The notes beneath the pieces are model-generated. The model worked only from the letters and a program-made list of their open reading frames with translations. It did no database searches and was not told the origin of the DNA. Positions 1 through 14,431 of a DNA stretch of 64,000 nucleotides are shown piece by piece. Made by a program: the position numbers and the translations under genes. The first letter of the stretch is position 1, and each line of letters begins with the position of its first letter. This stretch comes from Nemertoderma westbladi (taxonomy: Eukaryota > Animalia > Xenacoelomorpha), in contig JAUCBJ010006812.1 of assembly GCA_032718475.1 (NCBI GenBank), positions 1 to 64,000 on the forward strand, given 5' to 3'.

Positions 1-3000
1 GAATCAGGCGGGGATAGAGCCCAAAGGGCTCGATAGAGAACTTTATAGAGGTAAATATACGCCACAGACCACAAAAGACAAAGTCCACAAAACACTTAGC
101 AAAAACTTATCCTGACTCAATTGTACAGGCATTATGGGAGGGGGTGACAAGTAGGCTCTTATGGAGAACTACAATAGGTGCGGTCATTCTGTTTTTTGCA
201 TCGTATAGAGGACCAATATCTAAGATCTGGGAGTTTTTTTCAAAAAATTTTGTTAATTAATTAATTAGTAATTAACGATTGAAAACTTTTAATCGATATA
301 TCTCGAAAACTAAAAGACTTTTTATATAAACAATGACTGGCGATATTGTTGGTCTCGACGAGCTCTACAAAAAACCCTGTCACGGCGAACCCATATCTAT
401 TACCGTTAATGAGTTATTAATTAGCGAAATCTCATTAGCGCTGTATCTCGAAAACGGCGGCAGCTACGAAAAAATTTTCTCTGGCAAAGTTGTAGAGAAT
501 GGAATTTCGAGTATAAAAGTCTTCTCCGGCAAGTCCGTACGACCAACCCTTAATGAGATATTCGTTAATTACTAATTAATATATGGCCCGCCCCGATATC
601 TCGAGAATGGCTGCAGCTACGAAGATGGGACCGACGCCATTTTGTAGACAGTATACGAGTTGCTACTGAAGAGTGTCGTTAGTTTTGGGCTGCGACCCAG
701 TCCTTGACCTCCAGGGGTCAATGTTCTAGAATTTTCGGTTTTGGAGGCATTTTAACCTATAAGGAGTGCAGCTATCGAAAAACGTAACACAGCAAAAATG
801 TTCGCAATGGTCGACTTAGTAGGGGTAGGTAAAATAAAAAATGCAAAAACTGTAAGCGTTAATTAGTTATGTATTAATTAATAATTAATTATTGCCCCAC
901 CCCAATATCTCGAGAACGGCTCTAGCTACGGACATGGGACCAACGCCGTTTTGTAGGCAGTGTATGAGTTGCTACTGAAGAGTGCCGTTAGTTTTCGGCT
1001 GCGACCCTGTGCTTGACCTCTAGAGGTCAATGTTCTAGAATTTAGCGTTTCGGTGACCTTTTGACCTATAAGGAGTACAGCTATCAAAAAACGTAACGCA
1101 GCAAAAATGTTCGCAATGGTTGACTTAGTGGGGGTAGATGAAATAAAAAATGGAAAAAGTTTAAATGTTAAGGGTCAAAAGGTCAAAGATCTTTGATGAT
1201 AGTATTCGTGATAAAACATAAGGATATTTAGAAGTCAGGTTGTATACAAAAGTCATTTGGTTCACCCAGACATGAAATGGCTGGGTGAACCATCATTAAA
1301 CAATCACCCATGGTCTATTTGAAATTAAAGTAATCATGTTAAGGGTGGTGGGTGGGTGTTGCTATAGCTGTCTGTAAGCTATTACTAATATACTGAAGCT
1401 ATTACTAATATACTGGTCCAGTAGTACTACATTTAGTTAGAAGTTTTCTGAGGTATTAATCATTACATTTGTATAATGGAGTTAACCAATACAATAAATG
1501 TATATGTTTGAACCTGCCTTACAAATCGACTTAGATTTCTTCAATGTTTTGAATTGTATAATTGAAGGCATCGCCTGTGTATGATTCCAAATGCATTGGT
1601 ATAAATAATAACATATCTTCATATTTACAATGTTTGTGTTGATACAACACAATAAAACCACAAGTACTATTAATTAAATTGCACCACGCAGTGATGCTTG
1701 CATGCGCAAATGTCCTCATTTGCGCTCTACTCTAGATGGGATCAGGCGGGGATAGAGCCCATAGGGCTCGACAGAGAACCTCATAGACCATAGAAAACGC
1801 CACAGAGAACGAAACACAGAGAGCACAAAACATATAACACCAACCTATCCTGCTCAATATTTACAGGCTTATGCAGTGGGGTGGGAAGTAGGCACATCTC
1901 ATAGAAGGGAAATAGCTACGGTCGTTCTGTTTTTTGCATCGTGTAGAGGACCAATATCTAAGATCTGGGAGTTTTTTGCAAAAAATTTTGTTAATTAACT
2001 AATTAGTAATTAACGATTGAAAACTTTTAATCGATATATCTCGAAAACTAAAAGACTTTTTATATAAACAATGACTGGCGAAATTGTTGGTCTAGACGAG
2101 CTCTACAAAAAACCCTGTCACGGCGAACCCATATCTATTACCGTTAATGAGTTATTAATTAACGAAATCTAATTAGCGCTGTATCTCGAAAACGGCCGCA
2201 GCTACGAAAAAATTTTCTCTGGCAAAGTTGTAGAGAATGCAATTTCGAGTATAAAAGTCTTCTGCGGCAAGTCCGTACGACCAACCCTTAATGAGATATT
2301 CGTTAATTACTAATTAATATATGGCCCGCCCCGATATCTCGAGAATGGCTGCAGCTACGAAGATGGGACCGACGCCATTTTGTAGACAGTATACGAGTTG
2401 CTACTGAAGGGTGTCGTTAGTTTTGGGCTGCGACCCTGTCCTTGACCTCCAGGGGTCAATGTTCTCGATTTTTCGGATTCGGAGGCATTTTAACCTATAA
2501 GGAGTGCAGCTATCGAAAAACGTAACACAGCAAAAATGTTCGCAATGGTCGACTTAGTGGGGGTAGGTAAAATAAAAAATGCAAAAAGTGTAAGCGTTAA
2601 TTAGTTATGTATTAATTAATAATTAATTATTGCTCCACCCCAATATCTCGAGAACGGCTCTAGCTACGGACATGGGACCAACGCCGTTTTGTAGGCAGTG
2701 TATGAGTTGCTACTGAAGAGTGCCGTTAGTTTTGGGCTGCGACCCTGTGCTTGACCTCTAGATGTCAATGTTCTAGAATTTAGCGTTTCGGTGACCTTTT
2801 GACCTATAAGGAGTACAGCTATCAAAAAACGTAACACAGCAAAAATGTTCACAATGGTCGACTTAGTGGGGGTAGATGAAATAAAAAATGCAAAAAGTTT
2901 AAATGTTAAGGGTCAAAAGGTCAAAGATATTTGATCATAGTTTTCGTGATAAAACATAAGGATATTTAGAACTCAGGTTGTATACAAAAGTCATTTGGTT

Positions 3001-6000
3001 CACCCAGACATGAAATGGCTGGGTGAACCATCATTAAACAATCACCCATGGTCTATTTGAAATTAAAGTAATCATGTTAAGGGTGGTGGGTGGGTATTTG
3101 CTATAGCTGTCTGTAAGCTATTACTAATATACTGGTCCAGTAGTACTACATGTAGTTAAAAGTTTTCTGAGGTATTAATCGTTACATTTGTATAATGGAG
3201 TTAACCAATGCAATAAATGTATATGCTTGAACCCGCCTTACAAATCGACTTAGATTTCTTCAATGTTTTGAATTGAATAATTGAAGGCATCCCCTGTGTA
3301 TGATTCGAAATGCATGGGTATAGATAATAACATCTCTTCATTATTTACAATTTTTGTGTTGGTACAACGCAATAAAACCACAAGTACTATTAATTAAATT
3401 GCCCCACGCAGTGATGCTTGCATGCGCAAATGTCCTCATTTGCGCTCTACTCTAGATGGGATCAGGCGGGGATAGAGCCCATAGGGCTCGACAGAGAACC
3501 TCATAGACCATAGAAAACGCCACAGAGAACGAAACACAGAGAGCACAAAACATATAACACCAACCTATCCTGCTCAATATTTACAGGCTTATGCAGTGGG
3601 GTGACAAGTAGGCACATCTCATAGAAGGGAAATAGCTACGGTCATTCTGTCTTTTGCATCGTGTAGAGGACCAATATCTAAGATCTGGGAGTTTTTTGCA
3701 AAAAATTTTGTTAATTAATTAATTAGTAATTAACGATTGAAAACTTTTAATCGATATATCTCGAAAACTAAAAGACTTTTTATATAAACAATGACTGGCG
3801 AAATTGTTGGTCTAGACGAGCTCTACAAAAAACCCTGTCACGGCGAACCCATATCTATTACCGTTAATGAGTTATTAATTAACGAAATCTAATTAGCGCT
3901 GTATCTCGAAAACGGCGGCAGCTACGAAAAAATTTTCTCTGGCAAAGTTGTAGAGAATGGAATTTCGAGTATAAAAGTCGTCTGCGGCAAGTCCGTACGA
4001 CCAACCCTTAATGAGATATTCGTTAATTACTAATTAATATATGGCCCGGCCCGATATCTCGAGAATGGCTGCAGCTACGAAGATGGGACCGACGCCATTT
4101 TGTAGACAGTATACGAGTTGCTACTGAAGAGTGTCGTTAGTTTTGGGCTGCGACCCTGTCCTTGACCTCCAGGGGTCAATGTTCTAGAATTTTCGGATTC
4201 GGAGGCATTTTAACCTATAAGGAGTGCAGCTATCGAAAAACGTAACACAGCAAAAATGTTCGCAATGGTCGACTTAGTGGGGGTAGGTAAAATAAAAAAT
4301 GCAAAAAGTGTAAGCGTTAATTAGTTATGTATTAATTAATAATTAATTATTGCCCCACCCCAATATCTCGAGAACGGCTCTAGCTACGGACATGGGACCA
4401 ACGCCGTTTTGTAGGCAGTGTATGAGTTGCTACTGAAGAGTGCCGTTAGTTTTGGGCTGCGACCCTGTGCTTGACCTCTAGAGGTCAATGTTCTAGAATT
4501 TAGCGTTTCGGTGACCTTTTGACCTATAAGGAGTACAGCTATCAAAAAACGTAACACAGCAAAAATGTTCGCAATGGTCGACTTAGTGGGGGTAGATGAA
4601 ATAAAAAATGCAAAAAGTTTAAATGTTAAGGGTCAAAAGGTCAAAGATATTTGATCATAGTATTCGTGATAAAACATAAGGATATTTGGAAGTCAGGTTG
4701 TATACAAAAGTCATTTGGTTCACCCAGACATGAAATGGCTGGGTGAACCATCATTAAACAATCACCCATGGTCTATTTGAAATTAAAGTTATCATGTTAA
4801 GGGTGGTGGGTGGGTGTTGCTATAGCTGTCTGTAAGCTATTACTAATATACTGAAGCTATTACTAATATACTGGTCCAGTAGTACTACATGTAGTTAGAC
4901 GTTTTCTGAGGTATTAATCGTTACATTTGTATAATGGAGTTAACCAATACAATAAATGTATATGCTTGAACCCGCCTTACAAATCGACTTAGATTTCTTC
5001 AATGTTTTGAATTGAATAATTGAAGGCATCCCCTGTGTATGATTCCAAATGAATGGGTATAGATAATAACATCTCTTCATATTTACAATTTTTGTGTTGG
5101 TACAACGCAATAAAACCAAAAGTACTATTAATTAAATTGCCCCACGCAGTGATGCTTGCATGCGCAAATGTCCTCATTTGCGCTCTACTCTAGATGGGAT
5201 CAGGCGTGGATAGAGCCCATAGGGCTCGACAGAGAACCTCATAGACCATAGAAAACGCCACAGAGAACGAAACACAGAGAGCACAAAACATATAACACCA
5301 ACCTATCCTGCTCAATATTTACAGGCTTATGCAGTGGGGTGGGAAGTAGGCACATCTCATAGAAGGGAAATAGCTACGGTCATTCTGTTTTTTGCATCGT
5401 GTAGAGGACCAATATCTAAGATCTGGGAGTTTTTTGCAAAAAAATTTGTTAATTAATCAATTAGTAATTAACGATTGAAAACTTGTAATCGATATATCTC
5501 GAAAACTAAAAGACTTTTTATATAAACAATGACTGGCGATATTGTTGGTCTCGACGAGCTCTACAAAAAACCCTGTCACGGCGAACCCATATCTATTACC
5601 GTTAATGAGTTATTAATTAGCGAAATCTCATTAGCGCTGTATCTCGAAAACGGCGGCAGCTACGAAAAAATTTTCTCTGGCAAAGTTGTAGAGAATGGAA
5701 TTTCGAGTATAAAAGTCTTCTGCGGCAAGTCCGCACGACCAACACTTAATGAGATATTCGTTAATTACTAATTAATATATGGCCCGCCCCGATATCTCGA
5801 GAATGGCTGCAGCTACGAAGATGGGACCGACGCCATTTTGTAGACAGTATACGAGTTGCTACTGAAGAGTGTCGTTAGTTTTGGGCTGCGACCCTGTCCT
5901 TGACCTCCAGGGGTCAATGTTCTAGAATTTTCGGTTTTGGAGGCATTTTAACCTATAAGGAGTGCAGCTATCGAAAAACGTAACACAGCAAAAATGTTCG

Positions 6001-9000
6001 CAATGGTCGACTTAGTGGGGGTAGGTAAAATAAAAAATGCAAAAAGTGTAAGCGTTAATTAGTTATTTATTAATTAATAATTAATTATTGCCCCACCCCA
6101 ATATCTCGAAAACGGCTCTAGCTACGGACATGGGACCAACGCTGTTTTGTAGGCAGTGTATGAGTTGCTACTGAAGAGTGCCGTTAGTTTTGGGCTGCGA
6201 CCCTGTGCTTGACCTCTAGAGGTCAATGTTCTAGAATTTAGCGTTTCGGTGACCTTTTGACCTATAAGGAGTACAGCTATCAAAAAACGTAACGCAGCAA
6301 AAATGTTCGCAATGGTTGACTTAGTGGGGGTAGATGAAATAAAAAATGGAAAAAGTTTAAATGTTAAGGGTCAAAAGGTCAAAGATATTTGATGATAGTA
6401 TTCGTGATAAAACATAAGGATATTTGGATGTCAGGTTGTATACAAAAGTCATTTGGTTCACCCAGACATGAAATGGCTGGGTGAACCATCATTAAACAAT
6501 CACCCATGGTCTATTTGAAATTAAAGTAATCATGTTAAGGGTGGTGGGTGGGTATTTGCTATAGCTGTCTGTAAGCTATTACTAATATACTGGTCCAGTA
6601 GTACTACATGTAGTTAAAAGTTTTCTGAGGTATTTATTAATCGTTACATTTGTATAATGGAGTTAACCAATACAATAAATGTATATGCTTGAACCTGCCT
6701 TACAAATCGACTTAGATTTCTTCAATGTTTTGAATTGAATAATTGAAGGCATCACCTGTGTATGATTCCAAATGCATGGGTATAGATAATAACATCTCTT
6801 CATATTTACAATGTTTGGGTTGGTACAACACAATAAAACCACAAGTACTATTAATTAAATTGCCCCACGCAGTGATGCTTGCATGCGCAAATGTCCTCAT
6901 TTGCGCTCTACTCTAGATGGGATCAGGCGGGATAAGAGCCCAAAGGGCTCGATAGAGAACTTTATAGAGGTAAATATACGCCACAGACTACAAAAGACAA
7001 AGTCCACAAAACACTTAGCCAAAACCTATCCTGACTCAATTGTACAGGCTTATGCGATGGTATGGGAAGTAGGCACATCTCATAGAAGGGAAATAGCTAC
7101 GGTCATTCTGTTTTTTCCATCGTGTAGAGGACCAATATCTAAGATCTGGGAGTTTTTTGCAAAAAATTTTGTTAATTAATTAATTAGTAATTAACGATTG
7201 AAAACTTTTAATCGATATATCTCGAAAACTAAAAGACTTTTTATATAAACAATGACTGGCGAAATTGTTGGTCTAGACGAGCTCTACAAAAAACCCTGTC
7301 ACGGCGAACCCATATCTATTACCGTTAATGAGTTATTAATTAGCGAATTCTCATTAGCGCTGTATCTCGAAAACGGCGGCAGCTACGAAAAAATTTTCTC
7401 TGGCAAAGTTTTAGAGAATGGAATTTCGAGTATAAAAGTCTTCTCCGGCAAGTCTGTACGACCAACCCTTAATGAGATATTCGTTAATTACTAATTAATA
7501 TATGGCCCGCCCCGATATCTCGAGAATGGCTGCAGCTACGAAGATGGGACCGACGCCATTTTGTAGACAGTATACGAGTTCCTACTGAAGAGTGTCGTTA
7601 GTTTTGGGCTGCGACCCTGTCCTTGACCTCCAGGGGTCAATGTTCTAGAATTTTCGGTTTTGGAGGCATTTTAACCTATAAGGAGTGCAGCTATCGAAAA
7701 ACGTAACACAGCAAAAATGTTCGCAATGGTCGACTTAGTGGGGGTAGGTAAAATAAAAAATGCAAAAAGTGTAAGCGTTAATTAGTTATGTATTAATTAA
7801 TAATTAATTATTGCCCCACCCCAATATCTCGAGAACGGCTCTAGCTACGGACATGGGACCAACGCCGTTTTGTAGGCAGTGTATGAGTTGCTACTGAAGA
7901 GTGCCGTTAGTTTTCGGCTGCGACCCTGTGCTTGACCTCTAGAGGTCAATGTTCTAGAATTTAGCGTTTCGGTAACCTTTTGACCTATAAGGAGTACAGC
8001 TATCAAAAAACGTAACGCAGCAAAAATGTTCGCAATGGTTGACTTAGTGGGGGTAGATGAAATAAAAAATGGAAAAAGTTTAAATGTTAAGGGTCAAAAG
8101 GTCAAAGATCTTTGATGATAGTATTCGTGATAAAACATAAGGATATTTAGAAGTCAGGTTGTATACAAAAGTCATTTGGTTCACCCAGACATGAAATGGC
8201 TGGGTGAACCATCATTAAACAATCACCCATGGTCTATTTGAAATTAAAGTAATCATGTTAAGGGTGGTGGGTGGGTGTTGCTATAGCTGTCTGTAAGCTA
8301 TTACTAATATACTGAAGCTATTACTAATATACTGGTCCAGTAGTACTACATGTAGTTAGAAGTTTTCTGAGGTATTAATCGTAACATTTGTATAATGGAG
8401 TTAACCAATACAATAAATGTATATGCTTGAACCTGCCTTACAAATCGACTTAGATTTCTTCAATGTTTTGAATGGAATAATTGAAGGCATCGCCTGTGTA
8501 TGATTCCAAATGCATGGGTATAGATAATAACATATCTTCATATTTACAATTTTTGTGTTGGTACAACACAATAAAACCAAAAGTACTATTAATTAAATTG
8601 CCCCACGCAGTGATGCTTGCATGCGCAAATGTCCTCATTTGCGCTCTACTCTAGATGGGATCAGGCGTGGATAGAGCCCATAGGGCTCGACAGAGAACCT
8701 CATAGACCATAGAAAACGCCACAGAGAACGAAACACAGAGAGCACAAAACATATAACACCAACCTATCCTGCTCAATATTTACAGGCTTATGCAGTGGGG
8801 TGCTAAGTAGGCACATCTCATAGAAGGGAAATAGCTACGGTCCTTCTGTTTTTTGCATCGTGTAGAGGACCAATATCTAAGATCTGGGAGTTTTTTTCAA
8901 AAAAATTTGTTAATTAATTAATTAGTAATTAACGATTGAAAACTTTTAATCGATATATCTCGAAAACTAAAAGACTTTTTATATAAACAATGACTGGCGA

Positions 9001-12000
9001 TATTGTTGGTCTCGACGAGCTCTACAAAAAACCCTGTCACGGCGAACCCATATCTATTACCGTTAATGAGTTATTAATTAGCGAAATCTCATTAGCGCTG
9101 TTTCTCGAAAACGGCGGCAGCTACGAAAAAATTTTCTCTGGCAAAGTTGTAGAGAATGGAATTTCGAGTATAAAAGTCTTCTCCGGCAAGTCTGTACGAC
9201 CAACCCTTAATGAGATATTCGTTAATTACTAATTAATATATGGCCCGCCCCGATATCTCGAGAATGGCTGCAGCTACGAAGATGGGACCGACGCCATTTT
9301 GTAGACAGTATACGAGTTGCTACTGAAGAGTGTCGTTAGTTTTGGGCTGCGACCCTGTCCTTGACCTCCAGGGGTCAATGTTCTCGAATTTTCGGATTCG
9401 GAGGCATTTTAACCTATAAGGAGTGCAGCTATCGAAAAACGTAACACAGCAAAAATGTTCGCAATGGTCGACTTAGTGGGGGTAGATGAAATAAAAAATG
9501 GAAAAAGTTTAAATGTTAAGGGTCAAAAGGTCAAAGATATTTGATGATAGTATTCGTGATAAAACATAAGGATATTTGGATGTCAGGTTGTATACAAAAG
9601 TCATTTGGTTCACCCAGACATGAAATGGCTGGGTGAACCATCATTAAACAATCACCCATGGTCTATTTGAAATTAAAGTAATCATGTTAAGGGTGGTGGG
9701 TGGGTATTTGCTATAGCTGTCTGTAAGCTATTACTAATATACTGGTCCAGTAGTACTACATGTAGTTAAAAGTTTTCTGAGGTATTTATTAATCGTTACA
9801 TTTGTATAATGGAGTTAACCAATACAATAAATGTATATGCTTGAACCTGCCTTACAAATCGACTTAGATTTCTTCAATGTTTTGAATTGAATAATTGAAG
9901 GCATCACCTGTGTATGATTCCAAATGCATGGGTATAGATAATAACATCTCTTCATATTTACAATGTTTGGGTTGGTACAACACAATAAAACCACAAGTAC
10001 TATTAATTAAATTGCCCCACGCAGTGATGCTTGCATGCGCAAATGTCCTCATTTGCGCTCTACTCTAGATGGGATCAGGCGGGATAAGAGCCCAAAGGGC
10101 TCGATAGAGAACTTTATAGAGGTAAATATACGCCACAGACTACAAAAGACAAAGTCCACAAAACACTTAGCCAAAACCTATCCTGACTCAATTGTACAGG
10201 CTTATGCGATGGTATGGGAAGTAGGCACATCTCATAGAAGGGAAATAGCTACGGTCATTCTGTTTTTTCCATCGTGTAGAGGACCAATATCTAAGATCTG
10301 GGAGTTTTTTGCAAAAAATTTTGTTAATTAATTAATTAGTAATTAACGATTGAAAACTTTTAATCGATATATCTCGAAAACTAAAAGACTTTTTATATAA
10401 ACAATGACTGGCGAAATTGTTGGTCTAGACGAGCTCTACAAAAAACCCTGTCACGGCGAACCCATATCTATTACCGTTAATGAGTTATTAATTAGCGAAT
10501 TCTCATTAGCGCTGTATCTCGAAAACGGCGGCAGCTACGAAAAAATTTTCTCTGGCAAAGTTTTAGAGAATGGAATTTCGAGTATAAAAGTCTTCTCCGG
10601 CAAGTCTGTACGACCAACCCTTAATGAGATATTCGTTAATTACTAATTAATATATGGCCCGCCCCGATATCTCGAGAATGGCTGCAGCTACGAAGATGGG
10701 ACCGACGCCATTTTGTAGACAGTATACGAGTTCCTACTGAAGAGTGTCGTTAGTTTTGGGCTGCGACCCTGTCCTTGACCTCCAGGGGTCAATGTTCTAG
10801 AATTTTCGGTTTTGGAGGCATTTTAACCTATAAGGAGTGCAGCTATCGAAAAACGTAACACAGCAAAAATGTTCGCAATGGTCGACTTAGTGGGGGTAGG
10901 TAAAATAAAAAATGCAAAAAGTGTAAGCGTTAATTAGTTATGTATTAATTAATAATTAATTATTGCCCCACCCCAATATCTCGAGAACGGCTCTAGCTAC
11001 GGACATGGGACCAACGCCGTTTTGTAGGCAGTGTATGAGTTGCTACTGAAGAGTGCCGTTAGTTTTCGGCTGCGACCCTGTGCTTGACCTCTAGAGGTCA
11101 ATGTTCTAGAATTTAGCGTTTCGGTAACCTTTTGACCTATAAGGAGTACAGCTATCAAAAAACGTAACGCAGCAAAAATGTTCGCAATGGTTGACTTAGT
11201 GGGGGTAGATGAAATAAAAAATGGAAAAAGTTTAAATGTTAAGGGTCAAAAGGTCAAAGATCTTTGATGATAGTATTCGTGATAAAACATAAGGATATTT
11301 AGAAGTCAGGTTGTATACAAAAGTCATTTGGTTCACCCAGACATGAAATGGCTGGGTGAACCATCATTAAACAATCACCCATGGTCTATTTGAAATTAAA
11401 GTAATCATGTTAAGGGTGGTGGGTGGGTGTTGCTATAGCTGTCTGTAAGCTATTACTAATATACTGAAGCTATTACTAATATACTGGTCCAGTAGTACTA
11501 CATGTAGTTAGAAGTTTTCTGAGGTATTAATCGTAACATTTGTATAATGGAGTTAACCAATACAATAAATGTATATGCTTGAACCTGCCTTACAAATCGA
11601 CTTAGATTTCTTCAATGTTTTGAATGGAATAATTGAAGGCATCGCCTGTGTATGATTCCAAATGCATGGGTATAGATAATAACATATCTTCATATTTACA
11701 ATTTTTGTGTTGGTACAACACAATAAAACCAAAAGTACTATTAATTAAATTGCCCCACGCAGTGATGCTTGCATGCGCAAATGTCCTCATTTGCGCTCTA
11801 CTCTAGATGGGATCAGGCGTGGATAGAGCCCATAGGGCTCGACAGAGAACCTCATAGACCATAGAAAACGCCACAGAGAACGAAACACAGAGAGCACAAA
11901 ACATATAACACCAACCTATCCTGCTCAATATTTACAGGCTTATGCAGTGGGGTGCTAAGTAGGCACATCTCATAGAAGGGAAATAGCTACGGTCCTTCTG

Positions 12001-13548
12001 TTTTTTGCATCGTGTAGAGGACCAATATCTAAGATCTGGGAGTTTTTTTCAAAAAAATTTGTTAATTAATTAATTAGTAATTAACGATTGAAAACTTTTA
12101 ATCGATATATCTCGAAAACTAAAAGACTTTTTATATAAACAATGACTGGCGATATTGTTGGTCTCGACGAGCTCTACAAAAAACCCTGTCACGGCGAACC
12201 CATATCTATTACCGTTAATGAGTTATTAATTAGCGAAATCTCATTAGCGCTGTTTCTCGAAAACGGCGGCAGCTACGAAAAAATTTTCTCTGGCAAAGTT
12301 GTAGAGAATGGAATTTCGAGTATAAAAGTCTTCTCCGGCAAGTCTGTACGACCAACCCTTAATGAGATATTCGTTAATTACTAATTAATATATGGCCCGC
12401 CCCGATATCTCGAGAATGGCTGCAGCTACGAAGATGGGACCGACGCCATTTTGTAGACAGTATACGAGTTGCTACTGAAGAGTGTCGTTAGTTTTGGGCT
12501 GCGACCCTGTCCTTGACCTCCAGGGGTCAATGTTCTCGAATTTTCGGATTCGGAGGCATTTTAACCTATAAGGAGTGCAGCTATCGAAAAACGTAACACA
12601 GCAAAAATGTTCGCAATGGTCGACTTAGTGGGGGTAGGTAAAATAAAAAATGCAAAAAGTGTAAGCGTTAATTAGTTATGTATTAATTAATAATTAATTA
12701 TTGCTCCACCCCAATATCTCGAGAACGGCTCTAGCTACGGACATGGGACCAACGCCGTTTTGTAGGCAGTGTATGAGTTGCTACTGAAGAGTGCCGTTAG
12801 TTTTGGGCTGCGACCCTGTGCTTGACCTCTAGATGTCAATGTTCTAGAATTTAGCGTTTCGGTGACCTTTTGACCTATAAGGAGTACAGCTATCAAAAAA
12901 CGTAACACAGCAAAAATGTTCACAATGGTCGACTTAGTGGGGGTAGATGAAATAAAAAATGCAAAAAGTTTAAATGTTAAGGGTCAAAAGGTCAAAGATA
13001 TTTGATCATAGTTTTCGTGATAAAACATAAGGATATTTGGAAGTCAGGTTGTATACAAAAGTCATTTGGTTCACCCAGACATGAAATGGCTGGGTGAACC
13101 ATCATTAAACAATCACCCATGGTCTATTTGAAATTAAAGTAATCATGTTAAGGGTGGTGGGTGGGTGTTGCTATAGCTGTCTGTAAGCTATTACTAATAT
13201 ACTGAAGCTAATACTAATATACTGGTCCACTAGTACTACATGTAGTTAGAAGTTTTCTGAGGTATTAATCGTTACATTTGTATAATGGAGTTAACCAATA
13301 CAATAAATGTATATGCTTGAACCTGCCTTACAAATCGACTTAGATTTCTTCAATGTTTTGAATTGAATAATTGAAGGCATCGCCTGAGTATGATTCCAAA
13401 TGCATGGGTATAGATAATAACATATCTTCATGTTTACAATTTTTGTGTTGGTACAACACAATAAAACCAAAAGTACTATTAATTAAATTGCCCCACGCAG
13501 TGATGCTTGCATGCGCAAATGTCCTCATTTGCGCTCTACTCTAGATGG
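1..13548. repeat. Tandem array of ~8 copies of a ~1.73-kb unit; probable non-autonomous Helitron/Helentron-like (HINE-type) element plus spacer; runs off the left edge of the window
   Basis: The same landmark (ATGACTGGCGA) recurs at 333, 2071, 3791, 5529, 7252, 8990, 10404 and 12142, giving periods of 1738, 1720, 1738, 1723, 1738, 1414 and 1738. Each unit has two ~307-bp subrepeats. It also has hairpin TGGTTCACCCAG-N11-CTGGGTGAACCA (1258-1292) and hairpin GCGCAAATG-TCCT-CATTTGCGC (1704-1725), followed by TCTACTCTAGA and GAGCCC-ATA-GGGCTC. The array is certain; the Helitron assignment is inference. Confidence 0.9.
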
Positions 13549-14430
13549 TCCGGCTGCCACTGGAGAGCCAAAGGCTCGACAGAGTCTTATGAGGAATAAA
13601 TAATGCAGCCTTTTTAACGGAACTTAGCAAACTAAAATAAACACCAAAGTAAAACCTCATAAGATAGTACTATATAGAACCCCCTGGGAAGTAGGCACTT
13701 TGCTTTGATCTTTTTTAGGTCGATTTTTAAAGGATTTTTCCAGGAGAACGGCGAAAGCTAGAACGATTCTGTTTGCGCGATCTGGTAGATGGCCCTAGCG
13801 CGATAGCTAGGAGTTTTTGTGGAAAAAATCTGTTAATTAATTAATTAGTAATTAGCGATTAAAGATTTCTAATTGATTTTTCTCGAATAGTATTTGGTTT
13901 TTCCCCTAGCAACGGTGTTTTTTTTTGTTCATCTCGGTAAGATCTAAAAAAAGTTCAGTCATCGCTATGGCCCTCCTATTACTGTTAATTAGTACTAATT
14001 AGCCGAAAACTAATTAGCGTCGTAACTCGAAAACACTAAGAGCTATGAAAAAACGTAACATCACAAAGTTGTTCGGAATTTTATTCTACACAAAAAAGTC
14101 TCTGGCACCGATGCCGTATCTCCTACCGTTAATTAGTAATTAACTAATTACTTAATTACCTAATTGGCGGGGGGGCTTTGTCCCCCCCGCCCCCAAATCC
14201 TTATTCACAAGGTGTATCAAAGCGGTTTACTATTTTACAAATGATAATTACTCTAAAATCTTTTGAATCAAACTAATTAACGATTTTACTAATTAGTAAA
14301 GTTCCCCAAATTAATTAATAATTTATCCAATCCTGCTGCAATTAATTAAACTGCTGAGTCGTCAGCCTGGTTCAGCAAAAGTCAGTAGTTGGTAGTATGC
14401 TCCAAAAACTGTGTTCATACTACTGACCTA
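13541..14430. mobile_element. Diverged relative of the array unit that terminates the array
   Basis: Begins CTAGATGG...GAGCCAAAGGCTCGACAGAG and keeps GGGAAGTAGGCAC and GTTAATTAATTAATTAGTAATTA. Ends CAAAAGTCA plus a hairpin (GTAGTATG...CATACTAC), the same layout as the array unit but with a different sequence. Confidence 0.55.
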
Positions 14431-14431
14431 T

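Noticed and set aside
333-13528. Repeated 62-, 80- and 98-aa ORFs in the 1.7-kb array as a tandem gene family, or as rDNA/5S/histone/snRNA repeats
   Set aside because: The ORFs are disrupted in some units (stop in units 2 and 3, frameshift in unit 2) and have no recognisable domain. No rRNA, snRNA or histone sequence was recognised.
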